A DNA stretch of 63,989 nt, the filler included, from an uncultured bacterium (lineage in GTDB: Bacteria; Auribacterota; CAZIXI01): assembly GCA_964543115.1 (NCBI GenBank). It is 5 parts of 5 records of this genome, joined end to end, with 100 filler letters (N's around TTAATTAATTAA, not from the genome) between each part and the next. Parts side by side here need not be neighbours in the genome. Positions count along the whole stretch, not along the records: positions 28,316 to 42,211 come from CAZIXI010000067.1; positions 42,312 to 56,194 come from CAZIXI010000068.1; 3 more parts are not named here. One strand, 5' to 3'. The notes under the pieces were generated by a model. That model ran no database searches. It saw only the letters and a program-made list of their open reading frames with translations, and had not been told where the DNA came from. A program made the translations under genes and the position numbers. Positions 38,534-46,060 of the stretch are shown here, piece by piece (position 1 is the first letter of the stretch; each line of letters opens with the position of its first letter).

Positions 38534-39438
38534 GGTTTTACTAGCCTGGAAGTTCTCTCGTTTACTATCTCACACAAATTGTGCTTTTCAGTAGCTGTTA
38601 GCATGGAATCATTTATGCAGGCAATGATTAATTGCTTTTTGTCCAAGATGTTTTTATTGATTTCCTTGTTATGTATTCCCAAATAACTTTGAAGAGCCAC
38701 AAAATCTTTATGTGTAATTTTATTTTTTTTGTCGTTAATGGATAAGGCAAGATCTTCTTCATTGGGAAGTACCAGTTTTGAAGAAACAATGTCATAGGCC
38801 GGGGCCAGGCGGATACTGCCTTTGTTATCATAGAGAATAGAAAAATTCCTTAAATGAGCGTCTCCGTTACCGATAATGAAGAAAAACAACACCCTCTCGT
38901 AGAAAAGCTGTACATCAAGTCCCGGTACAGCAGAGATTTTTTTTAAACTGTTGCCGATTTCCTCTAGTGAACCAATATATTTATCTTTCTTTTCCAGAAT
39001 CTGCAGGAAATCTTCCTGGTGTATCTTTTGTGAGGGGAGTCTGTCAAACCTTTTCACAATATAGGCCAGGTTGTTGTCTTTTAGCTTAATCAAGGTGTGC
39101 GGGGGTACGTTGATTCCTAAAATTGACGCAATAGACATACATAAATTCTCATTCTGAGGAATATTTGGAAATGTCTGAATTTGCGGTTTTAAAATATATT
39201 CACCGCCTTCTGCCACAACGCTTAATTCTTTTTTCCGGCGGTTGAGTTTCATGGATAATTTTGGTTGCACCCCTGATATGGATAGTTTTCCACTCATTTC
39301 TTGGGCCTTGATAGATATGTCAGCCAAAGAAAGGTTAATTTTAGGCATGTAGCTGACGCCAAAGAGGTTTCGTAGGCATTTGTTGTGCAAGATGTTGTCT
39401 TTTTTGGTTTTCTTCCCGCAGTTAAAACACTGGCTCAT
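38530..39438 (-). CDS. hipT: HipA-family kinase toxin (HipT type)
   Basis: LSISGVQPKL, YILKP, YIVKRFDR, HQEDF, GNGDAHLRNFS, LAPAYD. Confidence 0.85.
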   Translation of the reverse strand: MSQCFNCGKKTKKDNILHNKCLRNLFGVSYMPKINLSLADISIKAQEMSGKLSISGVQPKLSMKLNRRKKELSVVAEGGEYILKPQIQTFPNIPQNENLCMSIASILGINVPPHTLIKLKDNNLAYIVKRFDRLPSQKIHQEDFLQILEKKDKYIGSLEEIGNSLKKISAVPGLDVQLFYERVLFFFIIGNGDAHLRNFSILYDNKGSIRLAPAYDIVSSKLVLPNEEDLALSINDKKNKITHKDFVALQSYLGIHNKEINKNILDKKQLIIACINDSMLTATEKHNLCEIVNERTSRLVKP

Positions 39439-39761
39439 TTAATCTCCTTAATGGTTACTGCTCCAATCGTGTCCTGGCAGGTGGACAAGAGGATGCCAAA
39501 AGAATCGTTTTTATCTATTTTCAGTGTTTTACACACTATCTCCAGGTACCAACCCTCAGGCAGGAGTCCGACGAAAAAGGAAAATAAAAAGCTTTGTTCA
39601 TAGGGCTCATACCTTAAGGGGAGAGAAACAGAGATCGGTTGATTCTTTTTTATGAAATCAATTGCATAGGTGAATCTATATCCTTCGGGAATCTCTTCAA
39701 TGACTCCAGCCTCTTTATCTTTAAACAGAACAATAGCTTTTCTTAAATGTTTATCTTGCAT
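39435..39761 (-). CDS. hipS: Stand-alone HipA N-terminal domain protein (HipS type)
   Basis: AGVIEE..GYRFTY..PISVSLPLR..FFVGLLPEGW..DTIGAV. Confidence 0.85.
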   Translation of the reverse strand: MQDKHLRKAIVLFKDKEAGVIEEIPEGYRFTYAIDFIKKNQPISVSLPLRYEPYEQSFLFSFFVGLLPEGWYLEIVCKTLKIDKNDSFGILLSTCQDTIGAVTIKEIK

Positions 39762-39948
39762 TTCTGTTAATCTCCAGGTGGCAGCCGAAAAAATCCAAAA
39801 CTTGAGTTACCTTATCCATTCTTACGGTTGGTTTGCCCTGTTCAAGTTCCCTGATAAACCTCAAACCAACACCAACTCTTTTTGCTAGTTCCATTTGTGT
39901 TAGTCCAGCGTTTTTTCTTAATTGTTTTATTTTTTGACCAATATGCAT
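39751..39948 (-). CDS. hipB: XRE/HTH antitoxin-regulator (HipB type)
   Basis: IGQKIKQLRKNAGLTQMELAKRVGVGLRFIRELEQGKPTVRMDKV. Confidence 0.85.
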   Translation of the reverse strand: MHIGQKIKQLRKNAGLTQMELAKRVGVGLRFIRELEQGKPTVRMDKVTQVLDFFGCHLEINRNAR

Positions 39949-39974
39949 AAATGATTCTCCTTATTTTTAACTAT

Positions 39975-40003
39975 ATTCTATACCCTATAAGGTATAATGT
40001 CAA
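39975..40003 (-). promoter_or_regulatory. sigma70 promoter of hipBST
   Basis: TTGACA (40003-39998)-N17-TAGAAT (39980-39975). Confidence 0.8.
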
Positions 40004-40109
40004 GAAAAATCTTTAAATAAAGTCCCTAAAGGGTATATAAGGTATAAAAATAGACCCTAAAAGGTATAGTGAAATCTCAAATTAATATTAATATACCCGT
40101 AAGGGTATA
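39979..40109. promoter_or_regulatory. Four 18-bp palindromic operators, consensus TATACC-N6-GGTATA
   Basis: Sites at 39979, 40020, 40051 and 40092; sites 1 and 4 are perfect, sites 2 and 3 have degenerate left halves. Confidence 0.8.
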
Positions 40110-40298
40110 TCTAAATCGAACATAGGATGAATTCTAAGTAGGAGTTCTTCTTTGGTTTCAGCAACATGGATTTTAATTCGAAAAAATTGGGAGTAAAGTC
40201 CTATCCGGTGGTACTTGCTACAGGGGAAATCTAACCATCCAAATTCATAACGCTATCGAAAAGAGTATCTTACGGATACGATCTCATTTCGTTTATAG

Positions 40299-40315
40299 TT
40301 GGCATGCCTGTTGCA
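40299..40315 (+). promoter_or_regulatory. sigma54 (-24/-12) promoter
   Basis: TTGGCATGCCTGTTGCA: GG-N10-GC within TGGCA..TTGC. Confidence 0.7.
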
Positions 40316-40360
40316 CTATAGGTTCCTGCAAGTTCGAAAAAGGGTATCTACGGGGGAAAG

Positions 40361-40408
40361 AACCGAGCTACCCGAGAAAAGAAGATCTTGAGCAGCTCGG
40401 TTTTTTTT
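40361..40408 (+). terminator. Intrinsic terminator-like hairpin in the 5' leader of the repeat protein gene
   Basis: AACCGAGCT / AGCTCGGTT stem followed by a T run, just before SD GGGAGG. Confidence 0.65.
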
Positions 40409-40429
40409 AAATTTATGGGAGGTTTTAAG

Positions 40430-42145
40430 ATGAAACGAATGAAGAAAATCAGGAAAGCATTTCATTATTTAACTGGGGTTATTTGTTTTGCCGTAATTTA
40501 TTCGTTTATTTTGGCAGGAACAGCTTGTGGTGAAACAATCACTGCAGATGAGTTTACCGGCGGCGGCGGCCGAGCCACGGGTACGGTATTTATTATGGAA
40601 GATATAATCGCCTCAAGCGTAGCCCTTATTAGTGCCAGCTCAACCAGCTTTAGTGTTGGCGCCGGAGTATTTGATCCATTGGTTGCCGCGGCTGCTGAAG
40701 AGGATAGTGATCAAGATGATGGCGCGGATGATACGGATACAGATGATGGCAGTGATGATCAGACGGATCCGGATACTGATGATGGAACGGATGATGGAAT
40801 TGATGATGGCAGTGATGAAATCGGCTTTACCGATGGCCGTTCAACCATCTGGTACCTGGCGGAAGGAACGACAAAGGCCGGGTTTGCTACCTATATATTA
40901 ATCCAGAATCCCGCGGCTACAACGGCTGAATGTACCATTACTTATATGAGGAGTGACAGTTCGACAGTAGTTAAACAGATAGAGGTTGGGCCAACCAGCA
41001 GGTATACAATAAACCTGAATACCGTTACCGACGATAGCGGTGAACTGGCTTTTGTGGAAGCGGATGCTTCTACTAAGATTGAATGTACCAACGGCTTGGG
41101 TATTGTCGCCGAACGGGCGATGTACCGGGACAGCGGCGGTATCCCCTGGGCCGCTTCGCACGGCAGTATCGGGGTAACCGCTACCTCAACCACCTGGTAT
41201 TTAGCAGAAGGAACAACCACCAATAACTTTGATGAATATATTTTGATTCAGAACCCTAACGCGGAAGCGGCAGAGGTCGAAGTGACCTTTATGCGCGACG
41301 GGGGTCGTGAGCCGTTGGTTACTAATATTAGTATAGGGGCGACCAGCCGTTATACGATTTACGTGAATGGCTATCTGCCGGATGAAAATGTATCAACCCG
41401 TCTTGTGGCCACAAATGGTGTAGGAATTATTGCCGAACGCGCCATGTATCGTTCTTACGGTGATTACGACTGGATCTGCGCCCACGACAGTTGCGGGGTA
41501 ACTGATACCAGTACCACCTGGTACCTGGCCGAAGGGTGCACCACAAATTTCGATGAATGGGTGCTGATCCAGAATCCTAATGATGAAGAGGCGCAAGTAG
41601 AGGTGACCTTTATGCGCGGCGGGGGCCGTGAGCCGTTGGTTACCAATATTTCTGTCGATGCCAATAGCCGTTATACTATTTATGTTAACAGTTATTTGCC
41701 GGATGAAGAGGTATCGACTCAGCTAGTGTCTGTCAATGGCGTAGGGATTATTGCCGAACGGGCAATGTATCTGGACTGCGATGATATTGAGTGGGCCTGT
41801 GCGCATGACAGCATAGGTGTTACCACTACGCAAACCATCTGGTACCTGGCCGAAGGGGCCACAACAGGCGGTTTTGATGAATGGATACTTGTTCAGAACC
41901 CCAGTGATGATACAGCCGAAGTTGAAGTGACCTTCATGCTGAGTGATGGCAGTACAGAGGTAGTGGACCTGCAGGTATATCCGGAAAGCAGGTATACCAT
42001 ATATGTTAATAACCATGTGCCGGAAGCGGAAGTATCCACCCGCTTGATTTCCACTAATGGCGTGGGTATCATTGTTGAACGCGCCATGTACCGCAGCACA
42101 GAAAGCGGTTCTTGGATCGCGGCCCATGATTGTATAGGTGTTTAA
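40430..42145 (+). CDS. Exported protein with acidic DDG linker and four ~107-aa WYLAEG..QNP..ERAMY repeats (DUF5719-like)
   Basis: Start ATG 40430 after GGGAGG; repeat Trp codons at 40850, 41195, 41519, 41840. Confidence 0.8.
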   Translation: MKRMKKIRKAFHYLTGVICFAVIYSFILAGTACGETITADEFTGGGGRATGTVFIMEDIIASSVALISASSTSFSVGAGVFDPLVAAAAEEDSDQDDGADDTDTDDGSDDQTDPDTDDGTDDGIDDGSDEIGFTDGRSTIWYLAEGTTKAGFATYILIQNPAATTAECTITYMRSDSSTVVKQIEVGPTSRYTINLNTVTDDSGELAFVEADASTKIECTNGLGIVAERAMYRDSGGIPWAASHGSIGVTATSTTWYLAEGTTTNNFDEYILIQNPNAEAAEVEVTFMRDGGREPLVTNISIGATSRYTIYVNGYLPDENVSTRLVATNGVGIIAERAMYRSYGDYDWICAHDSCGVTDTSTTWYLAEGCTTNFDEWVLIQNPNDEEAQVEVTFMRGGGREPLVTNISVDANSRYTIYVNSYLPDEEVSTQLVSVNGVGIIAERAMYLDCDDIEWACAHDSIGVTTTQTIWYLAEGATTGGFDEWILVQNPSDDTAEVEVTFMLSDGSTEVVDLQVYPESRYTIYVNNHVPEAEVSTRLISTNGVGIIVERAMYRSTESGSWIAAHDCIGV

Positions 42146-42165
42146 TTCATATTGCAGATTGTATA

Positions 42166-42190
42166 GTAGGGGAGGGCCTTGTGCCCTCCC
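42166..42190 (+). repeat. GTAG-type REP-like hairpin
   Basis: GTAG followed by GGGAGGGC-CTTGT-GCCCTCCC. Confidence 0.55.
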
Positions 42191-42211
42191 GAAAAAGGAG
42201 GATGGAAATGA

Positions 42212-42311
42212 NNNNNNNNNNNNNNNNNNNNNNNNNNNNNNNNNNNNNNNNNNNNTTAATTAATTAANNNNNNNNNNNNNNNNNNNNNNNNNNNNNNNNN
42301 NNNNNNNNNNN
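42212..42311. other. Artificial contig linker
   Basis: N44-TTAATTAATTAA-N44. Confidence 0.97.
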
Positions 42312-42769
42312 CTGAACTATTTGGTGCTTTAACGGATAGCGAAGATTTGGTTGATGAAGCAAAGAGGGTTGAGGGCGATGTGATCGATGCCCTGGAAAGT
42401 GAAGTTGCCGAGAAGGTGAAAGGTGACTACGAATTAGTGATTGTTGATCAGGATGGCATTATGGCTGATTTCCTGGGTATTGTGATGGATACTTTCAAGG
42501 GTGTTGTCCTTCAGCAGAACACCAGTGAAGAAGAATTGAAGGCTTCCATTTATGAGGCGTTGTTACTGGCCCGGGCCCATGATGAAAAAAGTTTTGGCCT
42601 GATCAGGGATAAGATTGAACAGGCCCTGATTGATGAAGGCCTGACCAGAGACCAGATTAAGGAGATGAAGTTGTTACCGCGGCGTTTCCAGCAGGGTGGC
42701 GTTTCCGCACCGGCCGTGCCGCGGGTGGATAGTATGGTTTTACAGGAAGCGGCGGAGGTGAGCGCGTAA
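42312..42769 (+). CDS. C-terminal fragment of a larger protein (5' truncated)
   Basis: Frame open to the contig edge (ELFGALTDSED..); ends PAVPRVDSMVLQEAAEVSA. Confidence 0.7.
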
Positions 42770-42773
42770 GCAA

Positions 42774-42829
42774 TTGCGGATTTGCGATTTCAGATTGAAA
42801 AATAAAATCCGCAATCCGCAATCCGAAAT
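42774..42829. repeat. Heptamer (AATCCGC)n repeats forming an inverted-repeat hairpin
   Basis: TTGCGGATTT / AAATCCGCAA, then AATCCGC x2 and AATCCGA. Confidence 0.75.
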
Positions 42830-42837
42830 TAAAAGAT

Positions 42838-42898
42838 TGTCCCTTTTCCCGGGAGCGGATTAAATCCCTCCCCGGATCCCGCGTCCCGGGAAAGGGCA
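42838..42898 (+). other. Long GC-rich hairpin directly upstream of two small ORFs
   Basis: CCTTTTCCCGGGA / TCCCGGGAAAGGG (13 bp including one G-U), extended inward by GCGGAT/ATCCCGC. Confidence 0.6.
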
Positions 42899-42914
42899 GT
42901 TACGAGGAGAGGTA

Positions 42915-43055
42915 ATGAAGAAAAAACCGGCTAAGGACAAAGGCAAGCTTAGAGATGTTAAAGCGAGAATTGGAAAGAGTATAAAGAAAGCAGTCTGGCA
43001 TACGGGGTATCTTATTTATGTGGAAATTCCGGACCTGGAAGGATGGTTAAAATGA
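42915..43055 (+). CDS. Small basic protein (46 aa), below the ORF-track cutoff
   Basis: SD GAGGAGAGG; MKKKPAKDKGKLRDVKARIGKSIKKAVWHTGYLIYVEIPDLEGWLK; ATGA overlap with the next ORF. Confidence 0.6.
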   Translation: MKKKPAKDKGKLRDVKARIGKSIKKAVWHTGYLIYVEIPDLEGWLK

Positions 43056-43204
43056 AACTGGCGGAATTAATGAAAACGATTTGTCCCTGGTGTTTTAGGA
43101 TATTTACCGTGCCGGATGATATGGATGAGGTGCGCTGTCTGGCCTGCGGGTATATATATGAGCTGCCGAAGCTGGTTGCCAAAAATAAAGAAAAATTCAA
43201 CTAA
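43052..43204 (+). CDS. Small zinc-ribbon protein (50 aa), below the ORF-track cutoff
   Basis: MKLAELMKTICPWCFRIFTVPDDMDEVRCLACGYIYELP..; CxxC-x14-CxxC. Confidence 0.7.
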   Translation: MKLAELMKTICPWCFRIFTVPDDMDEVRCLACGYIYELPKLVAKNKEKFN

Positions 43205-43237
43205 ATCTTCTTGCCATTTGCTTTTCATGGTAAACGA

Positions 43238-43507
43238 CTAAACCTTCCCTTTGTCTATTATAGAATGTGGTCCTATGTTTCTGAAAATGTATCCCTTATC
43301 AGCAATAGAGAATGTGAATCTGTATTTGTCTGAAACATATCCTTCCCAGACGTTTGCCTCTTTTCTGTACCTGTGGATTCTTAAAGAAGGGTGTTTTGGG
43401 TCTTTGGTGAAAAGAAATAACTGTTTATTAAAGCGGTCCTGGATATCCTTAGAAAGCCTTTTGTAGTTTTTCTTGAATGTTCTAGCAAAAATTAAGTTCT
43501 TAGCCAT
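43238..43507 (-). CDS. RelE/ParE superfamily toxin
   Basis: FARTFKKNYKRL..DPKHPSLRIHR..WEGYVSDKYRFTF..RNIGPH. Confidence 0.8.
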   Translation of the reverse strand: MAKNLIFARTFKKNYKRLSKDIQDRFNKQLFLFTKDPKHPSLRIHRYRKEANVWEGYVSDKYRFTFSIADKGYIFRNIGPHSIIDKGKV

Positions 43508-43734
43508 TTAATCGCTTCTTCTGTAGTGCTGAATTTGTGGACTCGGCCTTTTTTAATGTCTTGTTCTGCCTTTTTCTCTTCATCTTCCCAATTGAAAGCC
43601 CTTTTTGCCTTCCCGCATATAATAGAAAGGATATGGTTAATGAAGGTTGAACGCGGTTCCTGGCCCCTGATGGTATCTATCCAATTCAAGATGGAAGAAT
43701 CTACAGTTAAGTTGATATGAGCTTTTTTAGGCAT
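43492..43734 (-). CDS. RHH-like antitoxin
   Basis: MPKKAHINLTVD..RSTFIN..AEQDIKKGRVHKFSTTEEAIKWL; SD AGGAGGTG; overlaps the toxin. Confidence 0.75.
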   Translation of the reverse strand: MPKKAHINLTVDSSILNWIDTIRGQEPRSTFINHILSIICGKAKRAFNWEDEEKKAEQDIKKGRVHKFSTTEEAIKWLRT

Positions 43735-43754
43735 TTTCCTCACCTCCTAATACT

Positions 43755-43783
43755 ACTATACTATAATAGTATTATAGTGTCAA
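43755..43783 (-). promoter_or_regulatory. sigma70 promoter with a palindromic operator in the spacer
   Basis: TTGACA-N17-TATAGT; ACTATAATA-G-TATTATAGT at 43760-43778. Confidence 0.8.
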
Positions 43784-43820
43784 GTGGGAATTTCGGGTTT
43801 TTCGTTATACGGGATAATAA

Positions 43821-43849
43821 TTTACAAACGGCAGAAAGGCATGTATAAT
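43821..43849 (+). promoter_or_regulatory. sigma70 promoter of the nucleotidyltransferase gene
   Basis: TTTACA-N17-TATAAT. Confidence 0.65.
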
Positions 43850-43887
43850 AACTTGACATAAGTTTGATGAGGGCTGTATTACGTATT

Positions 43888-44193
43888 ATGAAAGCAAATA
43901 TTTCTGAAATTAAACAAAAGATTTTGCCGATTCTCTTGCGTTATGATGCGAGAAGGGTGGGATTGTTCGGTTCTTGTATCCGGGATGATATGGGGGAGAA
44001 GAGCGATATCGATATATTAGTGGAAATCGGCAAAAAGATTAGTTTGCTTGATTTCGTTGGCGTTCAATTGGAGCTAGAAGAAGTCCTCGGGCGAAAGGTT
44101 GATTTAGTAGAATATAACACCATTAAACCTTTGCTTAAGAAAAAAATCTTAAAGGAACAGATAACTCTATTTAATTTGCATGAATGCCTTTAA
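43888..44193 (+). CDS. Minimal nucleotidyltransferase (MNT/MntA-like)
   Basis: VGLFGS..SDIDILVE..LELEEVLGRKVDLV. The start could be 43867 or 43888. Confidence 0.88.
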   Translation: MKANISEIKQKILPILLRYDARRVGLFGSCIRDDMGEKSDIDILVEIGKKISLLDFVGVQLELEEVLGRKVDLVEYNTIKPLLKKKILKEQITLFNLHECL

Positions 44194-45801
44194 GGTGTGT
44201 GCCCGCGTGTTTTTGCTTGCCGCTGTTTCGGCGGTGCTGCTAATTCTGACCTTGCCGCCCGGGGCTTTTTCTCTCTGTTCCTGGCTGGCGCTGGTGCCGC
44301 TATTATTCCTTGCCTTTAACCGCCAACGCTATTCTCTCTGGTTGATCGTACTGGGCTTTTTGCTGACCGGCGCTGTTTCCTACCTTTATGTTTTCAGCTG
44401 GATCCTGAAATTCGAGAAAAGGATATTTTTTCTTGTCTGGCCCTTGTGTACGCTGCTTTTTCCGCTCTATGGCTTACTGCTCGCGCTGCTTTTGGGCAGG
44501 GTTAAGAATATGCTGCTGCAGGTGTTGGTGGTGCCAGCTGTCTGGATTCTCTTACTTAAACTTTTTTCTTTTACTTATATTGGCTATCATTGGGGTTCTG
44601 GGCCTATGGTCAGAGTAATGTATATTTGCTGCTGCTGGTATCTGTTCTGGGCTCATCGGGGCTGTCATTTTTACTTCTCCTCTATAATGGATCGTTGTAT
44701 GTGTTGCTGGCGCGCAGAAATCTCAAGGCTGTTATTCTTTTTATCTTATGTAATTTTATTGTTATTACGACAGTGTTTCTAGGGTATAAATATGTTTCCG
44801 ACCAGTATAGGCTGCCGGGTTCTGGTGCTTTTCTATCTTTAGCCAGGTACCGTCACTTTCTTAAAGGTGCGGATACTGATAAGGTGGAGAGGCCGCCGCC
44901 GCCGGATCCTAAATCCGGGATGTTGAGGCCGCTCTCCAGCGCCAGTGAGTGGTTTATGGGGGTGGTGGTGGTTCAGCCCGGCAGTTCCGGGGAACCGGGT
45001 TTTGAACATGTTGATCCTGACGTTAGGTACGATGATATCTGGATTCCCTGTATTCAAAAAGGGGCGATTCAAAAGTCGCAGTTTATGGCCTTCTGTGTGG
45101 CCGCGCAGAAGAGGTACGGACCTGATTTGATAGTTTGGCCGCAGTATAATCTCCTGTTTGATGTTTCTGGTCCGTCTGAGATGGTGGATAGATTCTATTC
45201 TAGATTTGAGACCCCAATATTGGTGGGTACCTTTATCCGCCGTAATGATAAGCTGGTTAATATTTGTGTGCTTTTTGATGAGCACGGCAAGTTGATTGGC
45301 AGCCGCACTCTGGCGACGCCGCCGCCGTTTCGTAAAGTTTCCATGTCTTACCAAAGAGAATTTAAACCGGTGACTTATGTGAGTAATAATAAGCGTGTTG
45401 TTATCGGTCCTCTGTTATGTTATGAAGATACCTCGGCGGAAGGCGCCCGGGCCCTCGTACGTAACGGCGCCCGGATGCTGGTTGTGCAGACAAATAACGA
45501 GGCCTTTCAAGAGACCCGCCTGCCGGAAATGCACTTGCGCCGGGACGTCTTCCGGGCGCTGGAAAACAGGCGCTGGCTGGTGCGAGCGGCCACTACCGGG
45601 ATTTCCGCGGTGATTACTTCCCGGGGGGAGATAACCAGGCGCAGCAAAGTCGCTGAGCAGGATATGATCCCCTTAATGGTGCCCGCCAATAGTGAGTTGA
45701 CCTTTTTTACGCGATATGGTGACTGGACCTGGCTTTTTTCACTGGTTATTTTACTTGGTGCGGTGCTTAGTCGCCCCAAGCGGAGCTTGGGACAAGAATA
45801 A
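44180..45801 (+). pseudogene. lnt: Apolipoprotein N-acyltransferase-like gene with a frameshift at ~44591-44597 and an altered catalytic triad
   Basis: TM domain in one frame up to IGYHWG, continuing in another frame as FWAYGQS; WPQY, LLCYED, RALENRRWLVRAATTGISAVI, TFFTRYGDW. Confidence 0.8.
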
Positions 45802-45842
45802 GCTTTTCTAGCAAATCCTCGCTGTAATTCTTTCCAATCTTA

Positions 45843-45920
45843 TGTATCTAAACTAGACATTTTTAATGTTGTATTTTGCTACATTCTGAAGCATATTCAC
45901 GGGTGTCTATTTATTGGACT
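45843..45920 (+). promoter_or_regulatory. Two candidate enhancer-binding-protein sites (TGTCT-N7-AGACA-like)
   Basis: TGTATCTAAACTAGACA (45843-45859) and TGTCTATTTATTGGACT (45904-45920), upstream of a sigma54 promoter. Confidence 0.5.
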
Positions 45921-45974
45921 ATGCATAAAAGTATGTGCGAGAGTGTGTTGTGTAGGCATGATTATCTTTTTTAC

Positions 45975-45992
45975 TTGGCATAGGACTTGCTA
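45975..45992 (+). promoter_or_regulatory. sigma54 (-24/-12) promoter
   Basis: TTGGCATAGGACTTGCTA: GG-N10-GC. Confidence 0.75.
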
Positions 45993-46060
45993 ACTATAAA
46001 TTGATCTAATATATATATGTACAAATACTTAAATCATACTAATTTAAAGGAGTGTTAATT

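Noticed and set aside
40326..40380. c-di-GMP-I riboswitch in the leader (GCAAG..GAAA..GAGCTACC)
   Set aside because: The GG(C)AAA..GAAA..GACGCAAA core and P2 pairing cannot be built; only fragments match.
40847..42140. CRISPR array or DNA-level repeat array suggested by recurring TGGTACCTGGC..GAAGG
   Set aside because: These are codons of the WYLAEG protein repeat, spaced about 320 bp apart within an ORF; no CRISPR-like repeat-spacer structure is seen in the window.
43012..43200. 62-aa minus-strand ORF in the track
   Set aside because: The plus strand has two better ORFs with a strong SD, ATGA coupling and a zinc-ribbon motif.
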